From positions 124,001 to 188,000 of the forward strand of contig CDROCS010000268.1 of NCBI GenBank assembly GCA_977020255.1: a stretch of DNA of 64,000 bases, written 5' to 3'. The translations under genes were made by a program, and so were the position numbers. The notes beneath the pieces were generated by a model. That model made no database searches and was not told where the DNA came from. It was given only the letters and a program-made list of their open reading frames with translations. Positions within the stretch are counted from its first letter, which is position 1, and each line of letters opens with the position of its first letter. The DNA is from Obrimoposthia wandeli. Its lineage: Eukaryota. Positions 63,458 through 64,000 of the stretch are shown piece by piece.

Positions 63458-63851
63458 TCAGGCTGCTGCTACTTCACGACGCTGCGGCTGTGGCTGCTTC
63501 AAGCTGGCTCTCACTTGGTAGAACCAGCGGTTCAGTCGCTTATCCTGATCCATCAGTTCAGTGAAGGCAACACAACCCTCAATGGAGTTCAGCACCCCGT
63601 ACATCGATAGATCCGCCAAACCTGGCTCCGCACCGCCCAGGAATTCGCCCCCGTTCTTTGTTTTCTTTGAGACTGCCTTCGACCAGTGAGCAGCCTCCGA
63701 GAACAAGCTAAGTCGGACATCACTCTCCAACCGGTACCGCCTCCTAATCATCTTACCGACGAAGAACATCGCCACTGCCCCGACATATACAACCACCAGT
63801 CGCTCGACACTCCCGAAATGATCCCGCCAGCCGCCCACCTCAGAGAAATAG
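63458..63851 (-). CDS. PTGES2: Last coding exon of prostaglandin E synthase 2 (GST C-terminal domain)
   Basis: YVGAVAMFFVGKMIRRRYRL..DVR..L..AA.HW..AV...FLGGAEPGLADLSMYGVLNSIEGCVAF.ELM...L..WF..V matches mPGES-2. Likely acceptor tatgcag| at 63852. Upstream exons lie beyond or at the window edge. Confidence 0.9.
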
Positions 63852-64000
63852 CTGCATACATAAAACTCTTTAAGTGCACCACTGCAACACAGTCTTAAGC
63901 AATGTCTTTCCATGTTTATTAACATTTTCAGATTAATCCAATAAATGTATATTAATTTTAAATTGATGTACATTTTAAACATGTTACCCGCCGGCGTTCA

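Noticed and set aside
1-64000. rRNA, tRNA or other structured RNA genes
   Set aside because: None recognised by eye. A tRNAscan/Infernal run would be needed to exclude them.

Overview
Very AT-rich eukaryotic (probably invertebrate) genomic DNA with two N-gaps (17823-18082, 22394-22545), dominated by transposon and endogenous-virus debris. The main feature is a full-length 12.3-kb Polinton/Maverick (polintovirus/adintovirus-like) element at 39407-51727. It has ~800-870-bp terminal inverted repeats (TIRs), a 6-bp target-site duplication (TSD, TACCTA) and the core gene set: pPolB, packaging ATPase, integrase with chromodomain, minor and major capsid proteins, and adenain protease. Most of these genes carry one or two inactivating lesions. 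Unusually, the element encodes an open TATA-binding-protein (TBP)-like ORF divergent from pPolB, and the ~73-bp tandem repeats in both TIRs look homologous to that ORF's coding sequence. Three further Polinton-derived pieces are present: a TSD-flanked mini element (16142-18354), a decayed element with a capsid fragment (~57726-60122), and an old pPolB relic inside a near-identical ~4.5-kb tandem duplication (1-8815). There are also hAT, Tc1/mariner, pogo-MITE, LINE and Penelope relics. Host genes: the last exon of PTGES2 (minus strand) and a predicted 4-exon, 79-aa secreted peptide precursor (55178-57534) absent from the ORF track. All assignments are by eye from motifs; no database searches were run.
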